NCBI GenBank assembly: GCA_002773285.1
Contig: PFBM01000005.1
Span: 2,225 to 56,174 of the forward strand
Length of the DNA: 53,950 bases
Direction: 5' to 3'
DNA from: Candidatus Kaiserbacteria bacterium CG10_big_fil_rev_8_21_14_0_10_59_10
GTDB lineage: Bacteria; Patescibacteriota; Minisyncoccia; Phycocordibacterales; UBA2100
Shown: piece by piece, positions 52,179-53,950 of the stretch
Numbering within the stretch: the stretch's first letter is position 1
Layout: every line of letters begins with the position of its first letter
Made by a program: the position numbers and the translations under genes
Notes under the pieces: generated by a model
What the model was told of the DNA's origin: nothing
What the model saw: only the letters and a program-made list of their open reading frames with translations
Database searches by the model: none

Positions 52179-53780
52179 CTAGAGGCCTTCACCGGAAGCG
52201 GGCTCGGCGGAGCCGCTCCTTACAGCGTCACGCGCCCGCATGCGCACCACCACCCACGCGGCCGCTCCGAGAAGAGCGAGGCCGCCTGCGATCGCGATGA
52301 GAAGCGTGAGTACGTCTGCCATAAATCCGGCTGTCGCGGCACCCTCTTCGGTGCACAGCGACGGATCTATCTCATTGCAGTCATACACAAGGCGCGCGTC
52401 GTCCACGAGCTGATTGCCTTGATAGAGCCGCGCATTGAGGTGCACGACGTTGTAATCGCGGCGCGGCGTGAAGGCGCTTGCGATGCCCATCATGGCGCCC
52501 GTTACGCCGCCAGTATATGTATGCGAGTGTATCTCGCGGCCAGTTTCGTCGGTGAGCCGCAACTCCAGCCGCCCATCGGGGACGAGCGCGCTCTCACCGC
52601 TTCCGTGGAGGCAGGAGAAGAGCGTTGTTTGCTCGCCTTTGCGCAAGGGGAAGGAGGTAATGCCGGGGAAGTTGATGCGGGTGCGGTCAACGCCCTCGCG
52701 CACGAAGCGGACGTTGATGATGGATTCTGTGTTGCGCCACTGCACGGTGCCAATGGCGAGATACACGGGGTACTGCACGTCATCGGCGACGAAGGAGACC
52801 GGCGCTGAGCCGCCTGCCGGCACTGTGACAGTCGTCTGGAAAGTATCAATGAGATTTTCGTTGCGCTGTGCGTCCCATTGGTAGAGGCGCCAGGTGACAG
52901 GGACCGTCGCGCCTTCTCCTGTGTCATTCCGCACCGAAGCGGTGATCACTACGGGGCTTGAAGAATCAGCCCGCGGCGGGAACGCGGCAAAGAGATACGC
53001 ATTGCCGTTTACGCGGACCGAGTCCTTGTCGAACTTTACGGTCGTGTTCCGCTCGCCCATCACCAAGAACGGCATCTGATTGCCAACGACATCATCGGTG
53101 AATGAGAGGCCGAGAAGATTGTATTTTTTGGATGTTGTGAAAAAGGCAGCTGCCGCGTATTCGCCGCTTTGCGCAAAACTCGGGATGTCCCATGAAAAGA
53201 CGATCGGGAGAGTGCCGTGCGCCGGCAGCGCTATGTTGTCGCGCACGAAGAATTGGTCGACGACATCGGGACCGTTCGCGGCGACGGCATCGGGCTCGTC
53301 ACGCATCCGGAAAATCTTTACGTACAGCGCGCCATCTACGATCGGGTACGGGTTGTCGTTCACGATCTCGCCGACGAACGTGACCGGCGTCCCCGAAACG
53401 GCCGTCGAGACGTTGGCGGTTGCGTGCACCTGCACCGAACCAAAGGTGTAGTAATCAAAGCAACTTACGATGCCCGCCGACACGCCTCCGCCCGCCGAGA
53501 GCGGCCCTTGGTCGAACGGCTCGAAATCGAGATCATTCAAAAATCCCTCGTAGGTGAGTTCGCCGCTCTCAAGCATGCGCAGCACGTTCGCGACGCTCGC
53601 ATCAATGCTCTCCTGTGTCATCGTGCTCGCGATCCCGCTTTCCACGAGTGCGGTGCGTATCTCTTCTGCAGTGCGTACCTGTGCGGAAAGCGCACCCGGC
53701 AAAAACGCGAGCCCGGCCAGCGCGGCAACACACACAATGGAAAGGAGTATGGCGAGGTTCGTGTGCGTTATTTTTTTCAT
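52179..53780 (-). CDS. Hypothetical large exported protein with C-terminal TM anchor
   Basis: 533 aa from ATG 53780 (MKKITHTNLAILLSIVCVAALAG...). Beta-rich body and a C-terminal TM helix (VLTLLIAIAGGLALLGAAAWVVV). No family recognised. Confidence 0.65.
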   Translation of the reverse strand: MKKITHTNLAILLSIVCVAALAGLAFLPGALSAQVRTAEEIRTALVESGIASTMTQESIDASVANVLRMLESGELTYEGFLNDLDFEPFDQGPLSAGGGVSAGIVSCFDYYTFGSVQVHATANVSTAVSGTPVTFVGEIVNDNPYPIVDGALYVKIFRMRDEPDAVAANGPDVVDQFFVRDNIALPAHGTLPIVFSWDIPSFAQSGEYAAAAFFTTSKKYNLLGLSFTDDVVGNQMPFLVMGERNTTVKFDKDSVRVNGNAYLFAAFPPRADSSSPVVITASVRNDTGEGATVPVTWRLYQWDAQRNENLIDTFQTTVTVPAGGSAPVSFVADDVQYPVYLAIGTVQWRNTESIINVRFVREGVDRTRINFPGITSFPLRKGEQTTLFSCLHGSGESALVPDGRLELRLTDETGREIHSHTYTGGVTGAMMGIASAFTPRRDYNVVHLNARLYQGNQLVDDARLVYDCNEIDPSLCTEEGAATAGFMADVLTLLIAIAGGLALLGAAAWVVVRMRARDAVRSGSAEPASGEGL

Positions 53781-53844
53781 ACCGTTTCTACGCAATTAAG
53801 TAATTATAGTAGACGAGATGACCGCACTCGAGAGTTATGCACAT

Positions 53845-53950
53845 CTATATCTCCTGAAACACCGGCACGATGTTGACGGTCGCGGTGGCGGTGATGGTTT
53901 CCTCGTCGAGGTCGATGCAGGAGAGCGTGTAGGTGGTCTGGCTGTGGATG
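53845..53950 (-). CDS. 3' end of a gene continuing beyond the window (probable surface protein)
   Basis: Reverse-complement reads ...IHSQTTYTLSCIDLDEETITATATVNIVPVFQEI then TAG (53845-53847). Open to the window edge. Confidence 0.5.
   Translation of the reverse strand, partial: IHSQTTYTLSCIDLDEETITATATVNIVPVFQEI

Overview
High-G+C, gene-dense bacterial chromosomal segment (about 70 genes, mostly on the minus strand). It uses the standard code: TGA, TAG and TAA all terminate recognisable genes.

Gene content, in order:
- A type IV pilus block: pilT, receiver, pilB, unknown gene, pilO-like, pilN-like, pilM.
- PCD and ComF, then tRNA-Ser(GCU).
- A metal-homeostasis neighbourhood: PQQ-type sugar dehydrogenase, an exported cupredoxin/Cys-His-repeat protein, a ZIP transporter, a Fur/Zur-family regulator and a YibE/F-like membrane protein.
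- recG, a PG-binding/PKD surface protein, and ribH-ribE-riboflavin kinase.
- A tRNA-Ile with the rare anticodon UAU, next to an AT-richer islet carrying a decayed HTH/LAGLIDADG-like gene.
- Malic enzyme, pyrB-pyrC, ftsH, smpB plus tmRNA, and an AT-richer secreted M15-like peptidase.
- infC-rpmI-rplT, a beta-CASP RNase, ndk and an orphan VirD4/TraD-like ATPase.
- A long ribosomal cluster, rplC...rplO-secY-gmk-gmk-adk-map, lacking rpsJ and rpmD.

The gene content (no L30, pilus genes, patchy metabolism, many exported proteins) is consistent with a Patescibacteria/CPR-like organism, but that is inference only.

I found no CRISPR array, no recognisable defence or toxin system and no intact mobile element.

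The most unusual signals are non-coding:
1. A three-copy palindromic element (GCCTAAATTT...AAATTTGGGCGGG followed by a -10-like box) that interrupts or heads the ribosomal-protein operon.
2. A 13-bp tandem array plus an 18-bp perfect palindrome between the Fur-family gene and the YibE/F-like gene.
3. -10 hexamers 6-8 nt upstream of the ATG of at least 13 genes, implying leaderless mRNAs.
4. Three orphan structured gaps: 6532-6955, 31328-31704 and 34174-34493.

Coding oddities:
- Tandem guanylate-kinase paralogues, one with Glu in place of the P-loop Lys.
- A cupredoxin/Cys-His-repeat protein linked to a ZIP transporter and the Fur-family regulator.
- A homing-endonuclease-like pseudogene with one frameshift and one in-frame stop.
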